From a bacterium (GTDB lineage: Bacteria; JADJOY01), in assembly GCA_046331705.1 (NCBI GenBank), contig JAXLQJ010000024.1:1-64000 (forward strand): a stretch of 64,000 bases of DNA, written 5' to 3'. The position numbers and the translations under genes were made by a program. The notes under the pieces were generated by a model, which was not told where the DNA came from, searched no databases, and saw nothing but the letters and a program-made list of their open reading frames with translations. Positions 28,283-38,336 of the stretch are shown here, piece by piece. Within the stretch, counting starts at the first letter, position 1. Every line of letters starts with the position of its first letter.

Positions 28283-30805
28283 ATGAGCTCGAAAAGGAAT
28301 TCATCCAAGCCCGGCGCTCCGGGCACCACGCACCAAGTCGAGTGGGTGGGCGGGCGCTTCTCGATGCCGATCTTCGTGACCGAGCGCGAGCAGCCGTTCC
28401 GGCCCGAGCTCGTGCTCTGGCTCGAGCTTCCCGAGGGCGGGATCGTCGGTTCGACCGTCGAGGATCCGCAGCGTCCCACGCCGTTCGCTCGCACGCTCCG
28501 CGACACGATGGCGAAGCCGCTGGTCGGCCCGCCGCGCCGGCCAACGCTGGTCCGCGTGGCAGATCCCGTGCTCGCGGCGGAGCTCACCGCGGACCTCGAT
28601 CCGACGATCGAGGTCCGTGTCGCGCCGACGCCCGAGCTCGACTTGGTGCAGGAGGACATGTTCAGCCACCTGGGCGAGCGCGGCGAGGAGGTGACGTACC
28701 TCGAGGGCGGGAAGATCGAGCCCGCGCTGGTCGCGGAGCTCTTTCGCGCCGCGGCGCTGCTCTTTCGATCGGCGCCCTGGAAGACCGCATCCGACGAGCC
28801 GCTGCGCATGGACATCGCGGATCTGGGTGTCGAGGGTGCGTGCGTGTCGATCCTCGGCGCCCTCGGCGAGACCTTCGGCCTGGCGGTCTTTCCCTCGCTC
28901 GTGGCGTACGAGGCCTTCATCGACGCTGGCGGCCGTCACGCCGACGATCCCGACGGCGCCGACGATCCCGAGAGCCCGGTGGACTTGGGGACCTCGGTGC
29001 TCTGGCTCACCTTCGAGCGCGGGGCCGAGCTCTCCCCCGCCCAGCGCCGCGAGATCGTGAAGCACGGCTGGGAGGTGGCGTCGCCCGAGAGCTATCCGCG
29101 ACTTCAGCATCCCGAGCGCGACGGCGTCTGCCGGCCCCTCACGGCCCACGACATTCGCGTCGTGAGCGCGTGCGCGCGCACCGTCGGCACCTTCGTGATG
29201 CGGAACGCGCGTCATTTCTCGGGCGAATCCGAGGAACCCGTCTCCGAGTCGATCTCCGGCGAGAGCTCCCCGACGGTGCGCTTCACCGCTCCCTACGAAG
29301 CGTTCGGTGCTTTCGAGGCAGTCGAGGCCGATCCGCTGCCTCCGATCCAAGCCGCGCCAAAGCCATCGCTGCCGGCCGCCGTGGTCGGCGGGCCGGCGGT
29401 CGCGCGCAACGCGCCGTGCCCCTGCGGCAGCGGGAAGAAGTACAAGAAATGCCACCTGCCGATCGACGAGGCGGGTCGGCGCAGTCGCGGCCCCTCCACC
29501 GATCCGAGCGCGTCCACGAGATGGGTGCTGCCACGTTCCGCCGACGTGCCTGCCGGTGTCGGCGCATCCAGGGCAATCCACGAGCTCGATGCTCGGCTCG
29601 CCGAATCGCTGCTGCGCTTCGCGCGGGATCGATTCCCGGCCGAGTGGCACGAGATCACGGCGAGTTGGCGCCGCGATCCCCTCGCAGCGCAGCATCGTGG
29701 GCCGTTGAGCCTCTACCACTCGAAGATCCATGGTGCGTCGGTCGCCGAGCACTTCGCGGCCGAGCGCGGCGCGCGTCTCACTGCACGCGAGCGCGGTTGG
29801 CTCGACGCCCAGCGGGCCGCGTGGCTCTCGGTGTGGGAAGTCGTGGCGTTGGACCGCGGTCGAGGGATGACCGTGAAGGATCTGCTCACCAACGAGACGC
29901 GCGAGGTCCTGGAATCGAGCGCCTCGAGGACGCTGTTCGAGCGGCACGCGATCTTGGGACGCGTCGCCGAGTACGAGGGAATCGCCGTGTTCGCCGGCAT
30001 GCACTCGCGACCGCTCGAGCCGCGCGATGCCGCCGCGGTCGTGCTCGCCGCGCGGACGAAGCTGCGACGGAAGACCGCGATACCGATCGATCGCCTGCGC
30101 GACGAGGCGATCGTCGAGTATCTCACCAAGCGGTGGGAGCAAGCGGTCGCCGACGCAGACCTGCGAAGCTCGACTCCTCCACAGCTCTTCAACACGGACG
30201 GAGACGAGCTGCTGCTCACCGTGGATCATTTCGACGTCGATCCCGCGGCGCGCTCGCAGGTGCTGGCTCGGATCGCGAAGATCGAGGAAGCGGACGAGAC
30301 CCAGACGGACGGCGACGAGGACGTGATCCCATTCGTGCAAGCGGCGAGCGCGCAGGCGGGCGGGCTCGAAACCGTGCTCACGGGGCGTGTGTGCGTGCGC
30401 GATGACAAGCTCAGGATCGAGACCAACTCGATTCGTCGCGCCGACCGCTTGCGCGCGCGAGTCGAGAAAGCCTGTGGTGATCGGATTCGTTTCCGGACAC
30501 GCGAGCACACCGATCCCACCTCGCCTCAGGTTCGAGAGCGCGTGAGGCGCACGAGTGCGTCACCCATGCCGCCGGAAGCGGAGGCCCTGGTGCGCGCCGC
30601 GAAAGAGCGGCACTACGCCGACTGGGTCGACTTCCCGATCCCGGCGCTGGGCGGGCTGACGCCGCGCGAGGCGATTCGCTCGCGCCGCGGTCGCGAGGCG
30701 GTCGACGTGATGCTGAAGCAGATGGAAAGCCTCGAAGCCCGCCTGCCGGAATCGCAGCGCTTCGATGTGGGCAAGCTGCGGGCAGCGCTCGCGCTGCCCG
30801 GATAG
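28283..30805 (+). CDS. SEC-C zinc-motif protein with C-terminal Xre/MbcA/ParS-like domain
   Basis: 'RNAPCPCGSGKKYKKCH' and C-terminal 'WVDFPIPALGGLTPREA'. ATG at 28283 after a GAGGTGG RBS. Confidence 0.8.
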   Translation: MSSKRNSSKPGAPGTTHQVEWVGGRFSMPIFVTEREQPFRPELVLWLELPEGGIVGSTVEDPQRPTPFARTLRDTMAKPLVGPPRRPTLVRVADPVLAAELTADLDPTIEVRVAPTPELDLVQEDMFSHLGERGEEVTYLEGGKIEPALVAELFRAAALLFRSAPWKTASDEPLRMDIADLGVEGACVSILGALGETFGLAVFPSLVAYEAFIDAGGRHADDPDGADDPESPVDLGTSVLWLTFERGAELSPAQRREIVKHGWEVASPESYPRLQHPERDGVCRPLTAHDIRVVSACARTVGTFVMRNARHFSGESEEPVSESISGESSPTVRFTAPYEAFGAFEAVEADPLPPIQAAPKPSLPAAVVGGPAVARNAPCPCGSGKKYKKCHLPIDEAGRRSRGPSTDPSASTRWVLPRSADVPAGVGASRAIHELDARLAESLLRFARDRFPAEWHEITASWRRDPLAAQHRGPLSLYHSKIHGASVAEHFAAERGARLTARERGWLDAQRAAWLSVWEVVALDRGRGMTVKDLLTNETREVLESSASRTLFERHAILGRVAEYEGIAVFAGMHSRPLEPRDAAAVVLAARTKLRRKTAIPIDRLRDEAIVEYLTKRWEQAVADADLRSSTPPQLFNTDGDELLLTVDHFDVDPAARSQVLARIAKIEEADETQTDGDEDVIPFVQAASAQAGGLETVLTGRVCVRDDKLRIETNSIRRADRLRARVEKACGDRIRFRTREHTDPTSPQVRERVRRTSASPMPPEAEALVRAAKERHYADWVDFPIPALGGLTPREAIRSRRGREAVDVMLKQMESLEARLPESQRFDVGKLRAALALPG

Positions 30806-30837
30806 CTGCACGTGCCAACCGCGGCCGACGGCCGCCG

Positions 30838-31815
30838 TCACTCGGGATAGAACTGGCGCACGTAGCTGCGGAAGAGGCCGATGGGGCCGTCGCCCCGGGC
30901 CAGCAGCGGGCGCTCGACGTGGGTCTTGTGCGCCCAGATCTCGCGGTCCTGGAGCACGTCCCCCACGATCTTGCGCAGCAGAAAGCGTTCGAGGAGCGCG
31001 CGCGCCCACGGCAGCGCGAGCACGCGGCCGAGCGCGGTGCTCGGCGCCGGGCGCGCGCGCTCCGAGCAGAGTCCGATCGTGAAGTCGAAGCGGCCGTCCT
31101 CGATGGGTGCGCACAGGAGCAGGATCAGGCAGCGCAGGTCCAGCTCGCGCACGGTGAGGTCGGTGAGCGAGTAGCCCAGGCCGTGGATCTGCGTGTCGAA
31201 GACACTCGAGATCGTGCCGAAGCGGCGTCCGAACGGGCTCGCGCGATCGAAGCCGAAGCGTGTGTAGAGCACTCGCTCGGCCACCCGGATCTCCGGATCG
31301 CGCAGGTTCGTGTAGCGGTGCACGGCCGCGAAATGACCGAGGTCCACGCCGTTCTCGGCGGCGTCCTGAACGTGGCCGGAGAGCGCGAGCGTGACCCAGC
31401 GCGGCTCGGTGAAGCCGCTGCGATCGGGCTCGGGTGGCGACCAGTCCGGCGACGCGCGACGGGCACTGACGAACACCATCACCTGCCCGGCGAGCTCGCG
31501 CAGCGGCCAGGTTTCCAGGCACGCCTGCGGCGCCGTCGGGTCGGCGTACTCGGTGGATACGCAGCGACCGTCGACGCCGTAGCGAAAGCCATGGAACGGG
31601 CAGCGCAACGTCTCGCCGACCACCCGCCCACCGTGACCGAGATGAGCGCCGAGGTGCGGGCAATGTGGCCCCACCACCGCCAGCCGCCCGGACTCGGAGC
31701 GAAACACCACCAGCTCGCGCCCCGCGAGCTTTCGGACGATCACCGCGCCGCGCGGGACGTCGCGCGACGCAGCGATCCGAAACCACCCGTCCGGAAAGGG
31801 TGAGCGCGTCGCCAC
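30838..31815 (-). CDS. Rieske 2Fe-2S oxygenase (KshA / cholesterol 7-desaturase-like)
   Basis: 'CPHLGAHL...CPFHG', mononuclear iron motif 'ENGVDLGHF..VH', 'QDREIWAHK'. Confidence 0.85.
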   Translation of the reverse strand: MATRSPFPDGWFRIAASRDVPRGAVIVRKLAGRELVVFRSESGRLAVVGPHCPHLGAHLGHGGRVVGETLRCPFHGFRYGVDGRCVSTEYADPTAPQACLETWPLRELAGQVMVFVSARRASPDWSPPEPDRSGFTEPRWVTLALSGHVQDAAENGVDLGHFAAVHRYTNLRDPEIRVAERVLYTRFGFDRASPFGRRFGTISSVFDTQIHGLGYSLTDLTVRELDLRCLILLLCAPIEDGRFDFTIGLCSERARPAPSTALGRVLALPWARALLERFLLRKIVGDVLQDREIWAHKTHVERPLLARGDGPIGLFRSYVRQFYPE

Positions 31816-31819
31816 GCGA

Positions 31820-33979
31820 TCACCGCTGCGAGCGGGCGCGCTGCCGCGGTCGCGCCAGCATCGGCGCGAGCAGCAACCCGAGCAGCACCGCCGCCGTTGC
31901 CGAGGGTGAGCCGATGGCGCCGCACACGCCGTTGAAGTTGGCGGTCACGCTCTTCGCTGCGTCCATCGTCACCTGACACGGCGCCGTTCCCGCGCAACCC
32001 GCGCCGGTGAAGCCCGTGAAGGTCGAGCCGGAGGAGGGCAACGCGCTCAGCGTCACCACGGTCCCGGCGTGGAAGCTCGCCGCGCAGGTGGCGCCGCAAG
32101 CGATCCCCGCCGGCGCGCTCGTCACCGTACCCGCCCCGGGGCCGGACTTGGTCACCGTGAGCGCGAACGTCGGCGGACACGTCTTGCCCCAGGTCGTCGC
32201 CCAGCGGCCGTCCTCGCCCGAGATGACCGTGCCGCGCGTCATCGCGTGCTCGTTGAAGACCCACGCGCAATCGTCGACCGGGTCGAGGGCGGTGCTCGTG
32301 TAATCCCCCCAACGGTTCCGCGTGGCGCCGAACTTGCGCACGTAGAAGTCGGTGCCCGCGTGAAGCTCCGCGGGAGCGCGGGTGGTCCCCGCGGCATCGC
32401 CAGCGACGCGCATCGTCCAGTAGCTGCCCGGGAAGATCGTGGGCGCCGACGCGGAGAAGCCGAAGAAGGCGTCCCCCACCGAGCTCACCGCGAGGGACGG
32501 ATAGAACGTGGAGGCGCCCGCGGCGATGGACTCGCCGCCGATGTTCCCTTGATCCACCACCACGGGACTCGTGAGGTTGCTGGTGTCGATCCTCACCCAA
32601 TGCGCCGTCGTCTGGCCGGCGTCGGGATCGCCGGCGCGCGGACGGACGTGGAACGTCGACCACAGCGAGCCGGCCCTCCACACGGCCGTGAGGGTGCGGC
32701 GATCGCCGACGTTCACGGCGGTCGCCGAGCCCGACTGCGGCGCGTCGACGAGCGGCAGCGTGTTGTCGTCGATGGTACCCATCGAGATCACGTGTTGCGT
32801 GATCGTCGGCGAGCCGATCGGATCGTCGATCCGCGCGAGCTGCAGGACCTGAGCTCCGCTCAAGGTCGCGCCGCCGTACGCGACGAAGAACGTGCCGACG
32901 CCCGCCGGCAGCGCGCCGAACGTCGCCGCGGGCTGGGTGGTGGTGGCGCTGCCGCCGCCCGCGTACGGATCGAGCTTGGACACGGTGGCGACACCGCCCG
33001 AGTAGAACGGCGCCTTGGCGATCACCCACAGCCGCACTCCCGTGAAGGTCCCGCCCGCGCCGAACCCGAACATGTTGCCGGTCACGTAGATCGCCTGGGG
33101 ATCGACCGCGACGCCGGGGTAGTCGATCCAGCGATCCGCGCCCGCGATGTTGGTGAGCGCGTCGATCTGGGTGACGAACCAGGTGCCGTTGGGATCGCCG
33201 TCGTCCGACACGCCGACGAAGATCCGGGACGTGTTGGAGGCGTCGCCCAGCGCGGTATCCGTCCGTTCGATCACGACCAGCACGAAGCGATTCGCGTACG
33301 GGTCGTAGACGATCTTGGGATCGAAGGTCAGCGTGAGCGGGCCGAGGCTCGCGAAGAAGCTCTTGAGGCTCGCGATGAACGTTCGCGTGCCGGTCTTGGT
33401 GTAGAACTCGACGAGCGAGTTGACGGCGTCCACCACGTGGCTCGCGCCGACCGCGCCGCTCGGATCGGGCGGGATGACGTAGAAGCCCGTGTTGTACGTG
33501 GGGTTCGAGTCGAAGTTGGCGGCGTCGAATTGCGTGACGAGGGCGCTGCTCACCGCACGGGCGCCCGCGGCGCTTGCCTCGACCTCCGGCGTGTCACGGG
33601 GGCGGCGAAGCGAGACCGGACCGCGCACGCCGCGACCGCCGGCCTCGTCGAGCTCCTCGGGCTCGGGCACGTCGGTCGGCATCACCGCCGCGCTCGCCGC
33701 TCGATCCGCGATCACGTACGTCACCTTGGGCTCGTCGACCTGGCTGGGCACGGCCACGGTCGTCACACCTGCTCTCGGCGGCTCGGCCGGCTGGCTCGAC
33801 GGTGTCGGCGGATAGACGATCGGCCCCGCTGCGCCGCCGTCGTGACTCGCGGCTTGCGCCGCTGCCGCTGGCGGCGTCGTCGGCCTCCCCGATCGGCAAC
33901 CGGAGATGCCCACGCACGCGAGCACGGCGAGCATCGCCGTCACACCGGAAACGCGAGCCGACCTTCGACGAATCGTCAC
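31820..33979 (-). CDS. Secreted/surface protein with InlB B-repeat-like domain and C-terminal sorting-like tail
   Basis: Lipobox-like 'ISGC', 'PPDPSGAVG', 'FDPKIVYD', 'RWGDY', 'LTVTKSG.G.GTVTS.PAGI.CG..C', then Cys, a hydrophobic segment and an Arg-rich tail. Confidence 0.75.
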   Translation of the reverse strand: MTIRRRSARVSGVTAMLAVLACVGISGCRSGRPTTPPAAAAQAASHDGGAAGPIVYPPTPSSQPAEPPRAGVTTVAVPSQVDEPKVTYVIADRAASAAVMPTDVPEPEELDEAGGRGVRGPVSLRRPRDTPEVEASAAGARAVSSALVTQFDAANFDSNPTYNTGFYVIPPDPSGAVGASHVVDAVNSLVEFYTKTGTRTFIASLKSFFASLGPLTLTFDPKIVYDPYANRFVLVVIERTDTALGDASNTSRIFVGVSDDGDPNGTWFVTQIDALTNIAGADRWIDYPGVAVDPQAIYVTGNMFGFGAGGTFTGVRLWVIAKAPFYSGGVATVSKLDPYAGGGSATTTQPAATFGALPAGVGTFFVAYGGATLSGAQVLQLARIDDPIGSPTITQHVISMGTIDDNTLPLVDAPQSGSATAVNVGDRRTLTAVWRAGSLWSTFHVRPRAGDPDAGQTTAHWVRIDTSNLTSPVVVDQGNIGGESIAAGASTFYPSLAVSSVGDAFFGFSASAPTIFPGSYWTMRVAGDAAGTTRAPAELHAGTDFYVRKFGATRNRWGDYTSTALDPVDDCAWVFNEHAMTRGTVISGEDGRWATTWGKTCPPTFALTVTKSGPGAGTVTSAPAGIACGATCAASFHAGTVVTLSALPSSGSTFTGFTGAGCAGTAPCQVTMDAAKSVTANFNGVCGAIGSPSATAAVLLGLLLAPMLARPRQRARSQR

Positions 33980-34138
33980 GGTAGCCGCTCCTTCGACCCG
34001 CGCGTCCGCGCCGAGGGCGGCCGTGGATGCGGGTCGACACCGAATCTCGCGAAGAAGAGGGGCTTCTCCGTGCCCTTCGATCTTGCGAACGCGCGACGCG
34101 CCCAGTCAAGGCGATTCGACGCGCCGATCCGGGCAAGC

Positions 34139-34819
34139 TCACCCGCCGTCGCAGCAACCGTTCGTCGCGGGCGGCGTCAGCGTGTCGAGCGCGGGAGCCG
34201 CGGCCACCAGCGCGGGCACCGGATCGTCCACGCCCTCGAGGATCAACCGTTCGAAGGTGGGCCAATCGAAGTTCGCGCCGGGATCGCTCCGTCGCGACGG
34301 ATCGAGCTTTGCGTGGGAGACGACGTCCACGAGGTTCGGATACTTGGCCCAGCAGTAGCGAACGATGCGCGCCGTCGCCTCGAGCTGCCACGCGGAGAAC
34401 GGGTCGTTCTGCTGCGCGTTCACGACCTCGATCCCCAGCGACCAGTGGTTGACGCGCTTCGCGCCTCCGTTCACGTCGGGGTGCGAAGCGGCGTTGCGAA
34501 CGTGCCAAGCGGCCAACGCCTCCGGAACGCACGCCCACACCAGCTTGCCGTGCTGGGGCTCGTCCTCGTCGGGAACGAGCCAATGGAAGGAGGCCGGGTT
34601 CTCGGCTCTCGCCATCACCGAGACCGCGCCCGCCGACGAGCTGCCCGCCGTCGCGTGGATGACGACCGCGACGACCCCGTGAATGGGATCGACCGAGCGC
34701 TTGGTGGTGCAGCTCGCCCAATGGGGCCCGACGCCCGGGTACCACGGATCGCCGAGCGCGATCTCGGCGGGGCGTTTCGACTTCGGCAAGGCGAGGTGAT
34801 AGGTGCGTGGATCAGGCAT
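34139..34819 (-). CDS. N-acetylmuramoyl-L-alanine amidase (Amidase_2/AmpD-like)
   Basis: 'VVIHATAG', 'ASFHW', 'AWHV', 'SLGIE', 'VSH', 'RSDPG..FDW'. Confidence 0.88.
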   Translation of the reverse strand: MPDPRTYHLALPKSKRPAEIALGDPWYPGVGPHWASCTTKRSVDPIHGVVAVVIHATAGSSSAGAVSVMARAENPASFHWLVPDEDEPQHGKLVWACVPEALAAWHVRNAASHPDVNGGAKRVNHWSLGIEVVNAQQNDPFSAWQLEATARIVRYCWAKYPNLVDVVSHAKLDPSRRSDPGANFDWPTFERLILEGVDDPVPALVAAAPALDTLTPPATNGCCDGG

Positions 34820-34903
34820 CGCTGCATTCTCCTTGGAAGGGTTGCGCCGCTTCCGGGCGGCGCCGTGCCGCCGCCACGCGACGGCCGCCGACCGAGGGCC
34901 CGG

Positions 34904-36709
34904 TCATCCTTGAACGCCGTCGAAGGTGGCGACGCTGTCGTTGGTGAGCTGGGCGGCGTTGGCTTCGTCGGTGTCCAGGTGGAGGTCGAGGGCGAAGCGA
35001 TCGGAGACGCGCACCACCACGTCGCCGAACACGGTCTCGCGATCGCCGTCGACGCGCACCCGAACCAGGGCGCCGTCCACCACGCCGAAGCGGCGCGCGT
35101 CGTCGGGGTGCATGTGTACGTGGCGGTGAGCGAGGATCACGCCCGAGTCGATCTTCACCTCGCCGCACGGGCCGCGGAGCGTGAGCCCCGGCGTGCCGTC
35201 GAGCTTCCCCGACTCGCGCAGCGGAGCGTCGATCCCGAGCACCCGTGCGTCGGTCTGCGCCAGCTCGACCTGGGTGCGCTCGCGCAGCGGATTGATGATC
35301 GCGACGTGGCGGATCTCGTGCTTCGGACCCACGAGGTCCACGGTCTCGCGGGTCACGTACTGGCCGGGCTGGGTCACCGGGCGACGCATCGTCAGCTCGT
35401 AGCCGGCACCGAAGAGCGCGTCGCAATGGGCGCGCGAGAGGTGTACGTGGCGCACGCTCACGCCCACCGGGATCGGCAGGCCCGCCACCGCGTGCCGCGC
35501 CGCCGTCGGACCGGCGACCGCGCGCGCCGCGTCACGGGCGATCATCAGCTCCTCGTTGGTCGCCACCACCAGCACGCGCGTGGGTGCTCGCTCCGCAGCC
35601 ACGTCCACGACGCCACCGTGCGCGCGCGCGTCGGCGCTCTCGTTGCGCTCCGCATCGAGCACGACCCCCATGTAGACGAGCGTCTCGCAGAGCGCCGCGC
35701 GCACTCCCGCGGCGTGCTCGCCGATCCCCCCCGAGAGCACGATCGCATCCACGCCGCCCAGCACCGCCGCGTAGCCGCCGACGTACTTGCGGAGGCGATG
35801 GACGAAGGAGTCGATCGCGAGCTGGGCACGCGCGTTGCCTTCGCTGGCGGCCTTCGCGAGGTCGCGAAAATCCGACGTCAGCCCCGAGACCCCGAGCAGC
35901 CCGGAGCGCTTGTTGAGCAGATCGTCGAGGTCGGCAGCGCTCATGCCGTCGCGCGCCAGCATCAGCGGCACGGCGGGATCGAGATCGCCGGCGCGCGTGC
36001 CCATCACCAAGCCCTCGAGCGGGGTCAGGCCCATGGAGGTCTCGACCGAGCGTCCACCGTCGATCGCGCACACGCTGGCGCCGCCGCCCAGGTGGCAGGT
36101 GATGAGCTTGAGCCGCGCGAGATCGGTGCGCAGGAACTCGGCGGCGCGCTGCGCCATGTAGGCATGCGACGGTCCGTGGAAGCCGTAGCGCCGGATCCCT
36201 CGTTCCAGATAGAGCGCGTAGGGCAGCGCGTAGAGAAACGCCTGCGGCGGCAGCTCGGCGTGGAACGCGGTGTCGAAGACCGCCACGTGCGCGGCGTTGG
36301 GCAGCGCCTCCTGCGCGGCCTCGATGCCGGCGAGGTTCCACGGGTTGTGCAGCGGCGCGTAGTGCGCGTAACCGCGGATGATCTCCTTCACCTCGTCGGT
36401 CACCAGCGTGGGTCGCACGAGCTTCTCGCCGCCGTGGACCACGCGATGACCCACGGCGCGGATCTCGCCGCCCTCCGCGAGCACCCCGCCTGCAGCGGCG
36501 AGCGCGCCGAGCACCACGTCGAGGGCGGCGCGAGCGTCGGGAACCGAGACGCGCGCGTCGAAACGCTGCTCGCCCACCTGCCAAACGTGGGTCGCCTCCG
36601 GCTTGCCCACGCGATCGACGATCCCCGAAGCGAGGGTCGCCTCGGTGTCCATGTCGAAGAGGTGGTACTTGACCGAGGTGCTGCCGACGTTGAGGACGAA
36701 GATCTTCAT
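34904..36709 (-). CDS. ackA: Acetate/propionate kinase fused to PduL phosphate acyltransferase
   Basis: AckA motifs 'LNVGSTSVKY', 'VGHRVVHGG', 'APLHNP', 'VFDTAFH', 'YGFHG', 'SMGLTPLEGL', 'TNEE'; then PduL motifs 'GVSVRHVHL', 'HRHVHM', 'HLDTDEANA'. ATG at 36709. Confidence 0.92.
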   Translation of the reverse strand: MKIFVLNVGSTSVKYHLFDMDTEATLASGIVDRVGKPEATHVWQVGEQRFDARVSVPDARAALDVVLGALAAAGGVLAEGGEIRAVGHRVVHGGEKLVRPTLVTDEVKEIIRGYAHYAPLHNPWNLAGIEAAQEALPNAAHVAVFDTAFHAELPPQAFLYALPYALYLERGIRRYGFHGPSHAYMAQRAAEFLRTDLARLKLITCHLGGGASVCAIDGGRSVETSMGLTPLEGLVMGTRAGDLDPAVPLMLARDGMSAADLDDLLNKRSGLLGVSGLTSDFRDLAKAASEGNARAQLAIDSFVHRLRKYVGGYAAVLGGVDAIVLSGGIGEHAAGVRAALCETLVYMGVVLDAERNESADARAHGGVVDVAAERAPTRVLVVATNEELMIARDAARAVAGPTAARHAVAGLPIPVGVSVRHVHLSRAHCDALFGAGYELTMRRPVTQPGQYVTRETVDLVGPKHEIRHVAIINPLRERTQVELAQTDARVLGIDAPLRESGKLDGTPGLTLRGPCGEVKIDSGVILAHRHVHMHPDDARRFGVVDGALVRVRVDGDRETVFGDVVVRVSDRFALDLHLDTDEANAAQLTNDSVATFDGVQG

Positions 36710-38196
36710 GGAGCGCTCGTTTTCGCCGGCGCGGGTGTGGCCGCATCGACCTCGCGAGCGACGATCGTCGCGGCGAGCGGTTGGCGCGTCATGGCGAGCC
36801 AGCGTGCTTCGTCGCCCGGCTGCCAGCGCGGCGGGAAGAGGTAGAAGACGCGCATCTGGTAATCGCCCGGGGCGAGCGGCATGAGATCGATCCGATACGT
36901 GAGCTCCCCGAGGGTACCGGGCGTGGACTCGGGAGGCTCCGGCGACGCGGCGTCGTCGTGAAGCTCGAGACGCGTCGCCGGCACCAGCGGCTTCGGTAGC
37001 TCCATCAGCCACAGGAACGTGCCGGGCGCGCCGGTGACGAGGTGCCAGGGCGGCTGGTGCGGATCGAGGTTGCGCTCGTCCTCGGTGGGCACGCCGTCGA
37101 TCCCGTGCCACGGGCTCGCGCCGTCGCCGCTCGGGCGGTAGTAGCGCATGCCCCTCGCGGCGTCGTTCAGATCCACCGCGGCCTTGAACCAAGCGGCGCT
37201 GGCGATGCTGGGGAAATCCACGGTCTGGTGGATCCGCGTGGGGGCCACGTGGAAGTCGCGGTAGTACGTGGCCTCGACGACGATGGTGGGCGCCACCGGG
37301 ATGCCGAGGAAGGAGAGCCGGTTCTTGACCTGGCGGATCGCGCGAACCGGGCCGTCGAGGTAAGCCGCGACCACGCTCGCCCACTCGTCCTCGTCGAAGC
37401 TCACCGAGAAGAAGAGCTTGGTCTCGATCGAGGTGCGCATCTTGAGGCGATCGACGAAGTCCTGACCGTTGCCGCCGGCGCTGGCGGGAATCGAGATGCT
37501 CGAGAAGAAGATCCGATCCTTCCCCGGCTCGTACTGCATCGTGTAGCTCGACGCGGTGATGGTCTCGGTCTCGGCGTCGTAGTGGACGTAGCGCTCGAGG
37601 CTGCGAGCGGGCGGGGGCGCCGCGTCGGCGAACGCGAGCAGATACGCGAAGCCCCGAGTGCCGTCGGCGGGGTCGCTCACCTCGATCTCGGCCACGCGCT
37701 CGGTGCCCGTCGGCCACGGCGAGGGCGCGGCTTCGGCGCCCACGGCGCCCCTCGAATCCTCGTTCCCTTCTCGCGCGTCCGCCGCGCCGACGACGCGCCC
37801 GCCACAATCGCTGGCCATGAGGACCAGCTCGTCGTGGCCGTCGAGGACGCCATTGCCCGCCTCCGGGTTTCGCTCGCGACCGCCCGGGTACACGAAGTTC
37901 GCGCCGTCGGCGGTCTTCTCGTCGATCTGGAACGGGATCGGCGCGAGCGCGCCGTCGTCCGTGAGCGCGAAGGCGCCCAGGCGGTCGAGCTTGCGCCCGT
38001 TCATCGCGCCGAGCTTCTCGGCGACGATCACCACCGGGTCCGGCACGCGATGAAGCGTGCTTCGCGACGCGGCCGCCGCAACCTGGGTCGAGAGCGCGAT
38101 CCCGACCGCCACCGAGACCAGCGCAGCAGCGCCCACCTGCAGCGACGCGCGCCCCCCTCGGGAGCCCTCCGTGTTGCCGGTGAACGCGAATCGCAT
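36706..38196 (-). CDS. Exported hypothetical protein
   Basis: Signal-like hydrophobic segment, 'IPFQIDE...LDGHDELVLMA.D.G', 'GPVRAIR'. The stop overlaps the ackA ATG. It is the 3' part of the 36706..40437 ORF. Confidence 0.7.
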   Translation of the reverse strand: MRFAFTGNTEGSRGGRASLQVGAAALVSVAVGIALSTQVAAAASRSTLHRVPDPVVIVAEKLGAMNGRKLDRLGAFALTDDGALAPIPFQIDEKTADGANFVYPGGRERNPEAGNGVLDGHDELVLMASDCGGRVVGAADAREGNEDSRGAVGAEAAPSPWPTGTERVAEIEVSDPADGTRGFAYLLAFADAAPPPARSLERYVHYDAETETITASSYTMQYEPGKDRIFFSSISIPASAGGNGQDFVDRLKMRTSIETKLFFSVSFDEDEWASVVAAYLDGPVRAIRQVKNRLSFLGIPVAPTIVVEATYYRDFHVAPTRIHQTVDFPSIASAAWFKAAVDLNDAARGMRYYRPSGDGASPWHGIDGVPTEDERNLDPHQPPWHLVTGAPGTFLWLMELPKPLVPATRLELHDDAASPEPPESTPGTLGELTYRIDLMPLAPGDYQMRVFYLFPPRWQPGDEARWLAMTRQPLAATIVAREVDAATPAPAKTSAP

Positions 38197-38336
38197 CCGT
38201 GACCGCCCTCCCTCCGCGCGAGCGCGTCCAGCGGCGTTCGCGGCGCGCGCTCCCTCGGTGGCGCCCCATTCTGCACAGGCCGCGCGCCGACGCGAAGGAT
38301 CGCGCTCCGCGAGGTCGCGGACGGTGATGCGCCCCG

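Noticed and set aside
27471-33979. Diversity-generating retroelement template/variable repeat pair
   Set aside because: No reverse transcriptase in the window, and the differences are not adenine-specific but look like ordinary synonymous divergence plus deletions.
32069-36844. 1591-aa + strand ORF and many other long Arg/Ala/Pro-rich ORFs
   Set aside because: Antisense or off-frame shadows of motif-bearing genes, expected in very high-GC DNA with few stop codons.
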